This document shows, one piece after another, positions 41,353 through 51,504 of a DNA stretch of 64,000 bases. How positions within the stretch are numbered: the first letter of the stretch is position 1; every line of letters starts with the position of its first letter. Source of the DNA: an uncultured bacterium (GTDB lineage Bacteria > Planctomycetota > UBA8108 > UBA1146); NCBI GenBank assembly GCA_913056395.1, contig CAJXMG010000001.1, forward strand, positions 119,550 through 183,549, read 5' to 3'. Below the pieces are notes generated by a model. That model saw only the letters and a program-made list of their open reading frames with translations. It ran no database searches and was not told the origin of the DNA. The translations under genes and the position numbers were made by a program.

Positions 41353-42073
41353 GAAGTCTCCTTCCGGGAGTCCTGATTAAATGGGGTTCGTGACAGTACT
41401 GGAGCGGGTCTCAAGGTAGGGCCAGCCACCGCAAACAGGAATGTTTCTGTCTGAGGATCGATTGGGCTTCTCCGATCTCGATCTGTGCCAGAGGGCTTCC
41501 CCTTGCCCCCTCAGGCGACCTTTGTCCAGTTCACTGTTGAACTTGCGTGGGTCAGACGGGGGAATTCTTTCCTTTTCCCAAATCTGCCCTGACTAAGCGA
41601 GCATCATAAGCCGGATTTTTACGGATTACCACCCTACCGGGGACGTTGACACCCTCGATGGGGGATTGCTATGATTCTGGCTTCATCCCTGCGAAGATGA
41701 TCATTCGAGCCCTTGCTTTGGATAGAGGCAGGATAGAGGCCGGAAGGGTGCCCGAAACAACGGGATTCTCTTGAGGTTGTGCTTTTGCCGGGATTGAAAG
41801 CGGAAGGAAAATGGTTCGGGGAGGCCCGATTGGCGGTGGATCCGTCGATGGGCCGTCAGGATTCGAACGGGCTGTCTCGCTCGAATCGCTGCTGTTGATT
41901 CTGGTTCTCTTCAGAGGATTCTCCGTATTGGGGCCTGAAGTGAAGTGGATCATCGGTTTTCGTCCTGGTTTTCTGTCTTTGGTGTTACAGCACCGCAATT
42001 CAAAGTACTGTGAATCAACTCAAGGGGAGGCATTTTGCGATCCTCTTTCAGACACACGAGATACGACGGAGTA

Positions 42074-42814
42074 ATGACCATGAAGAACAACTTCCAGAGG
42101 GTCGTACTGCTGGGGCTCGTCACTCTTTTCATGGTGACGTTTTCTGCACCCTTCGGGTTCCTGAATTCCGGATTCGAAGGATCCACTGCCTTCGCACAGG
42201 ATGATCCTGGTATCGCCCGTCTCGAATTGAAGTTCGAGCGTCCACGCCAGATCACTGTTTTTGGTGGTGAAGGCAACGATCTTCGACCGGATGGAGTTCC
42301 GGAGTCGGGGAGGACCTACTGGTACCTCCGCTACACCGTCGAAAACAAGTCCGGCATCGATGGCACTTTCCATGTGGGTATCAAGGCCCGTTCCGACAAG
42401 AATCGTCGTTACGCCAACATCGCTTTGCCCTGGGTGGAAGATGCAGTCGAGCGTCGGGAGGGCAAGATGCTCTTCTCAAGAGCCGATCTGCTGAAGAAGA
42501 ATGGTGCCGGAGATCTGGGAATGAAGGTCAATGCCGGTGACAAGGTGGAATGTGTGGCCATCTTTAATGCCATCGACCCAGAGGCGGACAAGGTGATGGT
42601 CGATTTCCACGGCCTTGTTGACGATATCGAGGTGGAGGAAACCCCCGGTGGCTCTTTGAAGCTGACCGAGAGAGTCCTGCGTCTGAATTTCGAACGTCCT
42701 GGTGACGAGTTCTACACCTCCATGGACCTCTTCCGCTTCAAGAGCAAGGCCTGGAGAATGAATACCCTCGAGTTCAGCGGACCAGATCTGACCCCGGTTA
42801 CCCGGGATCAGTGA
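42074..42814 (+). CDS. Secreted hypothetical protein
   Basis: Signal peptide (MTMKNNFQRVVLLGLVTLFMVTFSAPFG). No recognised domain. The ORF-track start at 42035 is an in-frame upstream extension. Confidence 0.5.
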   Translation: MTMKNNFQRVVLLGLVTLFMVTFSAPFGFLNSGFEGSTAFAQDDPGIARLELKFERPRQITVFGGEGNDLRPDGVPESGRTYWYLRYTVENKSGIDGTFHVGIKARSDKNRRYANIALPWVEDAVERREGKMLFSRADLLKKNGAGDLGMKVNAGDKVECVAIFNAIDPEADKVMVDFHGLVDDIEVEETPGGSLKLTERVLRLNFERPGDEFYTSMDLFRFKSKAWRMNTLEFSGPDLTPVTRDQ

Positions 42815-43098
42815 TGGAGTTGAACAGAGGAGGGGTTTCGGAGATGACGCCAGATCATGGAAGATTTCTGAGCGAACTCTCCGAAAAGGAGCGCACGCTC
42901 CTGATCCTGCGTGAAGAACTTTACGAAGGATCCTGGAAGGAAATGATTCTGGATCTCTCTGCAAGGCTGCAGAAAGGACCCCAGGTCTTTGAGCTGACGG
43001 AAACGATTGAGGCCGACCTCGAACGAATCGAGGAGTTGGCGCAATACGAGAAGGAACACGACATCAATCTCGGGGATTACCTCGAGGATGAAAATTAA
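42811..43098 (+). CDS. Small acidic hypothetical protein
   Basis: 95-aa ORF with an ATGA overlap with the upstream gene. Helical and glutamate-rich. Confidence 0.4.
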   Translation: MMELNRGGVSEMTPDHGRFLSELSEKERTLLILREELYEGSWKEMILDLSARLQKGPQVFELTETIEADLERIEELAQYEKEHDINLGDYLEDEN

Positions 43099-43171
43099 GA
43101 CCTGATTGGACTGCAACCGGATTTTTTCCAAGTCCGGCTTGTGATTCGATATTGAGTGGAGAACCGAGCCC

Positions 43172-44380
43172 ATGAACTCGCGCATTTCACTGAGTTTGAT
43201 GATTCTGCTTCTGGTGATTCCCGTGCTTGCCGGATGTTCCGGTGGTGGGGAAACTCGAGATGAGGGATCTGCTTCCAGCATGCAATCCAAGGCCACTGCA
43301 GCGAGCAGGAATGACAGTGGAGCTGCCGGTTTCAGCAAAGAGGATGTCGCCCCCATGGGCCTGGATCTTCGCTGGAATTACCGTCACTCCGGACCGATCC
43401 ACCAGAGTTATGTCGCCAATGGGAATATCTACATCGTGTCCAGCACGAGAGATTATCCCCAAGTATTGGTAAAGATCGATGGGGAGAGTGGCCTTCCACG
43501 GTGGACTTACCCTTTGGAGGAGCGCCTTGAGCATGCCCCTTCAGTCTACGTTTATCCTGAAGAGTTGCGCTCCAGCCAGCCGGATGAGCTTTTCATCGTC
43601 CAGCGGGGTCGGGTTCACTGTGTGGATGATCAGTACGGTGCTCGTAACTACGTGGTCAAGTGCGACTTCCCCATTTCCACCGGTGTCTCTCCAGGAATGG
43701 AGAATCTGGTCATTGGTGGCTTTGACATGCGTGCCTACGGAATTTCGAAGAAGGACCGTTTCGTTAACTGGACCTTCCTGACCGGGGGTGGAGTGACGGC
43801 GGACGCCGCCAACTACCTCAATGCCTCCTATGTGGGCAGTGAAGACGGAACCGTCTACAAGCTGCTTCAGGGTGCGGGATTCGTCAAAAGTGACTGCTGG
43901 GATTACCGAACCTACGGAGCCATCGAGGCTTCCCCGACAGTCTCCGGTGATCGAATCTATGTCGGTTCCAGGGACACCAAAGTGCACTGCTTCTCCGATG
44001 CCGGCGAAGAGGCCTTTTTGCATTGGTCCACACCGACCGGAAAGCCAGTAGTTTCCAGTCCAGTTGTCTCAGGCTCCTCCGTTTTTGCAGTCTTGACGGA
44101 TGATCGCTACAGGGTCCCTGTCAGTGAGGTTGTTTGCCTCGACAGCGCTGATGGCAAAGAAAAATGGCGCCTTGGAGGATACGACCGAATCCTTTTCAGT
44201 GGACGTGATTCTGTTTCGTTGCTGAACTCTGCAGGATTATTGGTGAACTGCTCCGCGAGTGATGGCAGGGAGCGTTGGTCCCTCGATACCTCGGCCTGCG
44301 ATTCTGTTGAGGCCATTGGTCAAGGCATGTTGCTGGTCTATGGTGATGGGCTTCTGCAGAGAATCCAGATTCGCCGTTAA
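43172..44380 (+). CDS. Lipoprotein with PQQ-like beta-propeller repeats (BamB-like fold)
   Basis: Lipobox (VLAGCSGG). Repeated ...YVGSxDGxVYxL / IYVGSRDTKVHCF blades. Followed by a terminator. Confidence 0.55.
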   Translation: MNSRISLSLMILLLVIPVLAGCSGGGETRDEGSASSMQSKATAASRNDSGAAGFSKEDVAPMGLDLRWNYRHSGPIHQSYVANGNIYIVSSTRDYPQVLVKIDGESGLPRWTYPLEERLEHAPSVYVYPEELRSSQPDELFIVQRGRVHCVDDQYGARNYVVKCDFPISTGVSPGMENLVIGGFDMRAYGISKKDRFVNWTFLTGGGVTADAANYLNASYVGSEDGTVYKLLQGAGFVKSDCWDYRTYGAIEASPTVSGDRIYVGSRDTKVHCFSDAGEEAFLHWSTPTGKPVVSSPVVSGSSVFAVLTDDRYRVPVSEVVCLDSADGKEKWRLGGYDRILFSGRDSVSLLNSAGLLVNCSASDGRERWSLDTSACDSVEAIGQGMLLVYGDGLLQRIQIRR

Positions 44381-44412
44381 CAGTAAGTTGTCGTCTCTGT
44401 TAAGACTCTGAA

Positions 44413-44449
44413 CCGGTGCCGATTCGATTTGAGTCGGCACCGGTTTTTT
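44413..44449 (+). terminator. Rho-independent terminator
   Basis: CCGGTGCCGA-loop-TCGGCACCGG followed by TTTTTT. Confidence 0.7.
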
Positions 44450-44462
44450 GTGTGGGCTGATT

Positions 44463-45818
44463 TCAGTCAATTTGCGGGTGAGTGACTCTCAGTAAATGGA
44501 AACCGAGGGGGCCCGGTTTTGTCGATGCCTTGGAGCTCAATCGGACTTGTGGCCCACAGATCCCTGGAGAACCGATCACGTCGCCGGATTCGGGGTCCTC
44601 AAAAACAGGCCACAAGGATCTGAGTTCCGCTGGAATACCGGCAAGACGCAGTGATTCCACAGAACGGGTGACTCTGCCTGGCCAACGATCCTCTTCACTC
44701 CAACAGCGCAAGAGCAGGGGGGTGGGATTCTCCACCTCCCATTTGAGATCGAGGTGGAAGAGAGGGTGGTCAGGATGGGTCATGACCGGCTCCCATCGGG
44801 CAGTTGTCGGTAATTTTTTTGGCGAGACGTGAATCCAACCTCCGCACCGACGGGCGACTCTCTGTCCGGGGAGTTCGGTTTCAGAGGTCTTCTCTCCCCG
44901 GGTCAGCAGGAGCAGTTGCTGCAGATGTCCTCGATCCAATTGCTGCTTCGAACCGTCACCCCGCAAAGTTTCGCGAAAGAGGTCGGTCGACTCATGATCG
45001 GCCAATTCTTCCCATGTCTCCGGCGGGAAAGAGATGAATTCCTCCCGATTGAAGAGACGACTTTGAAGGGGGTTCAGTTTCTGTTTTGACTGATACCAGC
45101 GTTCTCTCATCTCAACGGAGAGATGATGCAGGTGAGTGATCAACTCGGGACTCTCCTCTTCAAGGAGAGGAATCAAACGGTGGCGAATCCTGTTTCTCCG
45201 GTGTTGAGGAGAGGTATTGGTGGAATCCTCCACGGCTTTCAGTGATCGACTGTGAAGGAAGTCGGCCAGAGTTTCTTTCCGGCACCCCAGCAGAGGTCGC
45301 GCGACATTCAGGCCGGAATCTCCCAATGGGGTCAGGGGGTGAATCCCTGCCAATCCCCGCAAACCGCAACCCCTGAGGAGGTTACCCAACAGTGTTTCAG
45401 CCTGATCTTCGATGTGATGGCCGAGGAGGATGTGGCTGCACTTGCGAGCGTGGGCGATTTCTTCAAAGTGGAATCTGCGGCGATCTCTGGCCACCGTTTC
45501 CATGGAGGGCTTGCCGTTTCCCCATTGCAGATCCAGATTTTCATGGACGATGTGCAGGGGGATTGACCAGCGTCGACACAATTGAAAGCAGTGTGCGGCA
45601 TCCCGATCTGCCTCTTCACCGCGCAGCCCGTGATGTAAATGAAAAGACTCGATGGGCCTTGGAACTTCCCGGCTCTGATTCACTTCTGCCACGGCGGCGA
45701 GAAGTGCCACAGAATCGACTCCTCCGGAGAGGCTGATCAGTAATCCCGACTCGTTGGGGGTGGGCAGTGAATCAAGAAAAGAATCGACGGCGGATAGAAC
45801 CGGGTGGGGCTGTTTCAT
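44463..45818 (-). CDS. tilS: tRNA(Ile)-lysidine synthetase
   Basis: N-terminal PP-loop (LISLSGGVDSVALL). ~450 aa with a C-terminal substrate-binding domain. Confidence 0.75.
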   Translation of the reverse strand: MKQPHPVLSAVDSFLDSLPTPNESGLLISLSGGVDSVALLAAVAEVNQSREVPRPIESFHLHHGLRGEEADRDAAHCFQLCRRWSIPLHIVHENLDLQWGNGKPSMETVARDRRRFHFEEIAHARKCSHILLGHHIEDQAETLLGNLLRGCGLRGLAGIHPLTPLGDSGLNVARPLLGCRKETLADFLHSRSLKAVEDSTNTSPQHRRNRIRHRLIPLLEEESPELITHLHHLSVEMRERWYQSKQKLNPLQSRLFNREEFISFPPETWEELADHESTDLFRETLRGDGSKQQLDRGHLQQLLLLTRGEKTSETELPGQRVARRCGGWIHVSPKKLPTTARWEPVMTHPDHPLFHLDLKWEVENPTPLLLRCWSEEDRWPGRVTRSVESLRLAGIPAELRSLWPVFEDPESGDVIGSPGICGPQVRLSSKASTKPGPLGFHLLRVTHPQID

Positions 45819-46669
45819 TCGATGTTTTGAACCCGAAGTTGCAGTTTGATCGGTGTTTTCACCCCAGCGGGGGCAGCTTTCAAAGGATTGAGACCGGCGA
45901 TCATGTCACGAATCCCGAAGGCATCAATTTCTACACCGGGAGCCGGTTTGAGAGAGAGATCGTAGATCCAGCCTTCACCGTCTATCCAGAATGAGAGCAG
46001 AAACTTGCCCTGACCTTCCGCATCCGAGACAGAGACTCCGCGTCCATGAAGTACGCTCAATCCCCGGCGAATCGGTTCCCGTACCTCGAGCATCAGCCAG
46101 CGGTCTCGGGCTTTGTCGCTCTTGGACAGCTGTAAAGTTTCGCTGAGGAGTGACTGAATCCTCTCAATCTCTCCATCTTCCACGGGTGATTCCGGCTCAG
46201 CGGGAGCATCGAGTGGGAGATCGGGAATTGTCGATTCAGGGCTGGGGATCGTCGGCGGGATCGGTGGATTGGATTCTGGAGAAAGGTCGGTAGGAGGATC
46301 CTCTTCGATGGGCGATTGTTCTTCGATGGTTTCCTGATCCAGCTCTTCCTCGGTGGTGCTGATTTCTTCTTTCGCAGGAGGTGCAGGCTCTAGTTCCGGT
46401 TCCCTCGCGAGTAATTGGATGGACATGGGGCCAGACTGGGCGGGCAGTGCTCCCCGGTTTCCGGGAGCGGGTAACAGGATCAGCAGACCCAAATGAAGGA
46501 AAATTGAGAAGAGTGCTGCAATCTGCAACCAGGTGTCTTCACTGAAGGAGGATTTCTTTGGAAAGAAGGAAGGCTGATCTGAATCTGCAGCGGACGGTGA
46601 ATTTCGGAGAGACCGCAGGAAGGTGAGAGCACGGGAGATACCGGTAGTGAGGATCTCTTTGCCCTTCAT
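45815..46669 (-). CDS. TonB-like protein (TM, Pro/Glu-rich spacer, C-terminal domain)
   Basis: TM (WLQIAALFSIFLHLGLLILL). Long P/E-rich linker (PIPPTIPSPESTIPDLPLDAPAEPESP). C-terminal ~90-aa domain resembling the TonB C-terminal fold. Confidence 0.45.
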   Translation of the reverse strand: MKGKEILTTGISRALTFLRSLRNSPSAADSDQPSFFPKKSSFSEDTWLQIAALFSIFLHLGLLILLPAPGNRGALPAQSGPMSIQLLAREPELEPAPPAKEEISTTEEELDQETIEEQSPIEEDPPTDLSPESNPPIPPTIPSPESTIPDLPLDAPAEPESPVEDGEIERIQSLLSETLQLSKSDKARDRWLMLEVREPIRRGLSVLHGRGVSVSDAEGQGKFLLSFWIDGEGWIYDLSLKPAPGVEIDAFGIRDMIAGLNPLKAAPAGVKTPIKLQLRVQNIE

Positions 46670-46675
46670 CTCCGC

Positions 46676-48469
46676 TTACCCCCTTCGGTCGACCAAATCC
46701 CCTACCCAGCGTTGCTGGAGTTTATGCAAGGTATCGGCCTCTTTGGTGCTTCTCAAGAAGGCCTCCAGTCCCAGATCCCGAATTTGTTGCAACCTGAGGG
46801 GGATCAAGGCCCTCGGAGTCGTATCCAGCAACTGGTCGACGATGGCTCCACATGCCGCCCTGTGAACTTCATGGTCCACATGCACCATTTCAATAAGGTC
46901 CCTGACGTCGGGCAGGCGTCCCTGTTCAAGGGCCTGAACGAGAAGGAATTGGTCCCTGGCTCTCGCCAATGGCCCTCTCGCCCTTGCTGAGAGTCCTTCC
47001 TGAAGCCATGGAGGACAACGCGGCGTCTCGAGAACCGTGTCGATCAGTGAGCGGAACAGTTCTCGGGGAAGTTGATCCTGACACAAAAAGGGGATGTCGC
47101 GGACCACGTGCAGGGTCAAATTTTGTATCTGTCCATACTCGCTGAAGGATTCCAACCGAACCGGCCCTCCGGTGCTGCCCAGATACTGATCCAGCTCCTC
47201 GAGGGAGGAATGTTCGAGGATGACAGGGATCTGGGGAGGGGATCCTGAAAATGCAAACCGGTTCCAGAATTGACGGTACCATTCAGTGGCGATTTTCTCG
47301 AGGAGGGGATCTGTGAAAGTCTCCCCGCGTAACTCTTCCACGGCTGCTCGGGAGAGATCTTGACGAATCTTCACGGCATCGATTTCTTCGCCAACCAACT
47401 GAGTGACTTTTTTCAAATGAGGAGTCATGTCGAGGGGGTGCTCCGATTGGGCGGATTCTTTGGCTAGGGCCAAATGCAACGCAGGTGAATCGGGGAGCCA
47501 GGTCAATACTCCGGTCAATGATTCGTGACCATTTTCGATCCATGCCAGAGCCAGTGCAGATCGGCAAAACGGCCATGAATTTGTCGATCGTCGGAGCAGT
47601 TTTTCCAGAGTCTGTTGTAAGGCAGGGAAGTCCGAACGCTCGAGAAGTTGTAGCGCCGCTAACCGCGATTGCTCTTCATAAACTTTCAACCAGCCTCTGG
47701 ATTCGGCTGGGTATCGGCGAGCCAGCTCTTCCAGTCTGTCGATGACCTGCTCAGATTCACCGCGTTCGATGCACGACAGAATCTCTTTTTCCATTTGGAA
47801 AAGTCTCGACTGCTCCTTCAGGACAAGAGGGCGAAGTCGACTGACTTCGGGGTCCGTCCCAGGAAGCGTGACGACTTCATTCCACAGAGTCAGTGCGGTT
47901 TCGACCGATTCTTTTTTGAGTTCCAGTTTCAACTCTGCCACGAGGCACTCCCGGTAAAGGGGGAGTAATCCGTGCAGATCGGGACGATGGATGTACTCCT
48001 TGCGCAGCCATGGCAATGCCGAGCCCGGGAATCCTCCCTGCAGTCTCCGGCGACATTCTGCCAGCATGGAATCATTGGCAGGGATTCTGACAACGTAGTC
48101 GACGAGGTGGCGTTGGAGGCGGATCGTTCCTTCCGGGACCTCCAGAAGCAGGTGGTGGCGACCGATTTCGCAGATCTTGCCGGTAATCTGGTGGCCATTT
48201 TTGAGCCAGACTTCATCCCCCTGAACCCGGACAGGCCCGAGGACGCAAAGGCTGAATACAGCCAAAGCGAGGGCGAAAACGAAGCCCTCTGCTTGTGCAG
48301 GGGGACTTCCCTCTCTTTTCCGGGAGCAGTTGACGAGGGGACTCACCACGAGTGATGATCCTTTCTTCCGGGGGTTACCCGGTGCGTCACGCACGGGGGG
48401 CTGGTCGATCCAGGCCCTACAGTGGCGACATCTGTTTATCGACCTCCCTGGAGGGGCCCTGAAGGCCAA
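46676..48469 (-). CDS. Secreted/periplasmic helical hypothetical protein
   Basis: Hydrophobic signal-like segment (FVFALALAVFSLCVLG) followed by a VWLKNGHQITGKI motif and ~500 aa of helical sequence. Start uncertain. Confidence 0.4.
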   Translation of the reverse strand: MAFRAPPGRSINRCRHCRAWIDQPPVRDAPGNPRKKGSSLVVSPLVNCSRKREGSPPAQAEGFVFALALAVFSLCVLGPVRVQGDEVWLKNGHQITGKICEIGRHHLLLEVPEGTIRLQRHLVDYVVRIPANDSMLAECRRRLQGGFPGSALPWLRKEYIHRPDLHGLLPLYRECLVAELKLELKKESVETALTLWNEVVTLPGTDPEVSRLRPLVLKEQSRLFQMEKEILSCIERGESEQVIDRLEELARRYPAESRGWLKVYEEQSRLAALQLLERSDFPALQQTLEKLLRRSTNSWPFCRSALALAWIENGHESLTGVLTWLPDSPALHLALAKESAQSEHPLDMTPHLKKVTQLVGEEIDAVKIRQDLSRAAVEELRGETFTDPLLEKIATEWYRQFWNRFAFSGSPPQIPVILEHSSLEELDQYLGSTGGPVRLESFSEYGQIQNLTLHVVRDIPFLCQDQLPRELFRSLIDTVLETPRCPPWLQEGLSARARGPLARARDQFLLVQALEQGRLPDVRDLIEMVHVDHEVHRAACGAIVDQLLDTTPRALIPLRLQQIRDLGLEAFLRSTKEADTLHKLQQRWVGDLVDRRG

Positions 48470-48507
48470 TTCCGGGATTTTTCACATGTTCGAGAGGAAG
48501 GGATGCG

Positions 48508-49926
48508 GTGTCTCAGGAACGATATGTCGATCCAGTCGCACAGCGGTATGCCTCGTCCGAAATGCAGGTGCTCTTTTCACCCCTGGAGCGGGCCAAGACG
48601 TGGCGTGACGTCTGGATTGCCCTCGCCCGTGTTGAACAGCAGTCCGGGCTTCCGGTCTCGGAAAATCAGGTCATCGAGCTGGAGAAAGCCAGAGATCAGA
48701 TCGATCTCGACAGGGTTGCAGAGATTGAACGTGAAACTCGTCACGATGTGATGGCGCACATTCACCATTACGGAGAAGTGGCGCCGGGAGCAGCGGGAAT
48801 TATTCACCTCGGAGTGACCTCCTGCTTTGTGACTGACAATGCAGATCTGGTTCTCTTCCGGCGTGCTTTGGAGATGATTGAGAATCGACTCCTCCTGGCG
48901 ATTCACGATCTCGGAAGTTTCTGTCGCAAACAGGCAAACGTACCCACCCTCGGATTGACGCATCTTCAGCCCGCACAGTTGACGACAATAGGAAAACGCG
49001 CCTCCTTGTGGTTACAGGATCTGGTGGATGCCTATACGGATCTGGTCGAGTTCCGTGAAAGACTTCCATTGCGGGGGCTTAAGGGAACAACCGGAACGCA
49101 GGCAACTTTCCTTCACCTTTGTGGGGGCGATGGTGACAAGGTCGATCAACTGGAGTCCAATCTGGCCCGTGAATTGGGCTTCGATCGCGTGTTTGATCTT
49201 TGTGGGCAAACATATCCGAGGATTTGGGACCACAAGCTGGCTTCCCGCCTGACAGATGTGGCCATTGCGGTTCATAAGGCCGCCACCGATATCCGATTGT
49301 TGCAATCCTGGGGAGAAGTTGAAGAACCTTACGAGTCAACACAGGTAGGATCCTCGGCGATGCCGTACAAGCGCAATCCTATGCGATCCGAGCGATTGTG
49401 TGCTCTTTGTCGCCATGTGATGACTTTGGCACCGGGTCTCGGTCAACTGGCTGCCAACCAGTGGATGGAAAGAACCCTCGATGACAGTGCCCAGAGAAGG
49501 GTTCAGATTCCAGGACTCTTCCTCGCTTTGGATGCCATCCTGATCATCTCCAGAAATGTCTTTGCGGGATTGGGTGTTCACGATGATGTCCGCATGAAGC
49601 GAATCGATGAGCACCTGCCATTTATGGCCGCTGAAGAATTGTTGATGGAAGGAGTCTCCCGGGGGGGAGATCGCCAGCAACTCCATGAGCAAATTCGGAA
49701 ACACGCGTGGGCAGCCCGGGAAGCCGTCGTCAGGGGAGAAAAAAATCCTCTGAGAAGTCTCCTCGAAGCAGATGAAATCCTCTCTCCGGTCGTAGCAGCA
49801 TTGCCCGATTGGGATGCCCAGAGATTTACCGGAAGGGCTGGAGATCAAACTGTGCGGTACCTTGATCAAATCGTCGCGAAACTACCCCAACCGAGTGAGG
49901 ATCACCTCACGGATCTGAAGGTTTGA
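48508..49926 (+). CDS. purB: Adenylosuccinate lyase
   Basis: Fumarate-lyase signature (GSSAMPYKRNP). Colinear with PurB, including the ASEM N-terminal motif. Confidence 0.85.
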   Translation: MSQERYVDPVAQRYASSEMQVLFSPLERAKTWRDVWIALARVEQQSGLPVSENQVIELEKARDQIDLDRVAEIERETRHDVMAHIHHYGEVAPGAAGIIHLGVTSCFVTDNADLVLFRRALEMIENRLLLAIHDLGSFCRKQANVPTLGLTHLQPAQLTTIGKRASLWLQDLVDAYTDLVEFRERLPLRGLKGTTGTQATFLHLCGGDGDKVDQLESNLARELGFDRVFDLCGQTYPRIWDHKLASRLTDVAIAVHKAATDIRLLQSWGEVEEPYESTQVGSSAMPYKRNPMRSERLCALCRHVMTLAPGLGQLAANQWMERTLDDSAQRRVQIPGLFLALDAILIISRNVFAGLGVHDDVRMKRIDEHLPFMAAEELLMEGVSRGGDRQQLHEQIRKHAWAAREAVVRGEKNPLRSLLEADEILSPVVAALPDWDAQRFTGRAGDQTVRYLDQIVAKLPQPSEDHLTDLKV

Positions 49927-50852
49927 TGTCAGCCCTGCGAGGACAGGTCATCTTCAGGTCCAGCAGAGAAGTTCGTGTTCTTCACGAAGGAGAGGTCTTT
50001 CGCTGTGATCTCGCTGGTCGCCTGAGAAAAGCGGGGGCTAATCCCATCGTTGTAGGGGACTGGGTTGAGTTTGAGCGTAATGAGAACACGGACGTCGAGT
50101 CGGACGGTCGTGTCCTTTCGGTTGAGGAACGCAAAGTTTGGTTATCACGCAGGCGTGACGTCGGCAAAGCACGTGAACTGATTCTCGCTGCAAATGTCGA
50201 CCAGGTTGCAGGCGTTTTCTCTGTCAAAAAACCTCGAATCAAATTCGGGGCGCTTGATAGAATCTTGATGGCCAGTGAATGCATGTCGCTTCCTGCTTTG
50301 GTGGTCATCAACAAGACAGATCTGGGGATACCTGACGAAATTGAGGACAGACTCTCTGTCTACCCGGATTTGGGGTATGAAATCCTGCGCACTTCCGCTG
50401 AGACAGGTGAAGGTCTCGATTTGCTCGAGAAAAAACTTCGTGGAAAAGCGACGGTGTTGTCTGGTCCCAGCGGAGCAGGTAAATCTTCGTTGATTTCAAA
50501 GGTGCTGGGAATTGATCTGAAGACGGGTGAAGTCAGTGAGCACAATGAAAAAGGGAAGCACACGACCACAGCCGTGACATGGCATCCGGGAGCCGCTGAT
50601 TCTGCCATCGTTGATACACCCGGTTTTCGTGATTGGGCTCTATGGGGCCTGGAGCCCAGAGAACTGGCCCATTGGATGCCGGATCTCAAAAGACATCTTC
50701 ACGATTGTAAATTCAACGACTGCATGCATCGGGAAGAGCCGGGTTGTGGCATTCTGGGAGCTGTTGAGAGTGGGGATCTGGACCCCCGTCGTTATCGATC
50801 CTATCTCGGAATACTGGAGTCGGTGCTGGAGAGAATCGAAAGGGATCGTTAA
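49923..50852 (+). CDS. rsgA: Ribosome small subunit-dependent GTPase A
   Basis: Circularly permuted GTPase: NKTDL comes before GPSGAGKSSL. C-terminal zinc finger (HDCKFNDCMHREEPGC). ATGA overlap with purB. Confidence 0.8.
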   Translation: MMSALRGQVIFRSSREVRVLHEGEVFRCDLAGRLRKAGANPIVVGDWVEFERNENTDVESDGRVLSVEERKVWLSRRRDVGKARELILAANVDQVAGVFSVKKPRIKFGALDRILMASECMSLPALVVINKTDLGIPDEIEDRLSVYPDLGYEILRTSAETGEGLDLLEKKLRGKATVLSGPSGAGKSSLISKVLGIDLKTGEVSEHNEKGKHTTTAVTWHPGAADSAIVDTPGFRDWALWGLEPRELAHWMPDLKRHLHDCKFNDCMHREEPGCGILGAVESGDLDPRRYRSYLGILESVLERIERDR

Positions 50853-50919
50853 TCCGGTTTTTTTCAAGGGATCAGGCCTTCTGCAATCGTCATACAGGCA
50901 AGAAAGTATTGGTTAGCCA

Positions 50920-51504
50920 TTGAATCGCCATGAATCGGAGTCAGTGGAAAAGTTGGTGCGTCGGGCAAAGTCCGGTGACCGCGAAGCTTTTCGTCAACTG
51001 GTTCTGCAGTACCAGCGAATCGCTGGAGGAGTGGCATACGGAATTTTGAGTGATACTCACCTTGCTGCAGATGCGGTTCAGGATTCTTTCGTTCACGCAT
51101 GGCAAAAATTAGGGCAACTAAAGGAAAATCAAAAGTTCAAAAGTTGGTTTCTGATGATTGTTCGTTCGAGGGCAATCGATTTGAAAAGGCGAAGATTCTC
51201 AAAGGTCAGGGAATCTTTCAGCATCGATGAGTCTATCGATTCCAGTGCTGAAAAAGGACCTGCTGAAGAGTTGGAAACTCGGGAGAGATCGCATTTGATC
51301 CGTGAGATGTTTCGTGAGTTGCCGGATGAGTATCGTGAGATTTTATTGCTCAAACACCAGTTGAAGCACAGTTATCAAGAGATCGCAAAAATTCATGGGA
51401 CAACACCGAAGGCGGTGGAATCAAAATTGTCCAGAGCCCGAAAGTTGCTGGCTGAGAAGTGGCAAAAACTCCAGGACATTGAGTCAGGAGATTCCAATGG
51501 TTGA
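50920..51504 (+). CDS. ECF-type RNA polymerase sigma-70 factor
   Basis: Sigma region 2 (FRQLVLQYQRIAGGVAYGILSDTHLAADAVQDSFVHAW) and region 4 (YREILLLKHQLKHSYQEIAKIHGTTPKAVESKLSRARKLL). TTG start. Confidence 0.8.
   Translation: MNRHESESVEKLVRRAKSGDREAFRQLVLQYQRIAGGVAYGILSDTHLAADAVQDSFVHAWQKLGQLKENQKFKSWFLMIVRSRAIDLKRRRFSKVRESFSIDESIDSSAEKGPAEELETRERSHLIREMFRELPDEYREILLLKHQLKHSYQEIAKIHGTTPKAVESKLSRARKLLAEKWQKLQDIESGDSNG

Noticed and set aside
41858-41867. GGATTCGAAC, a reverse-complement tRNA T-loop consensus, in the intergenic region
   Set aside because: The flanks do not form a T-stem, acceptor stem or anticodon arm. It is probably a chance match or a decayed remnant.
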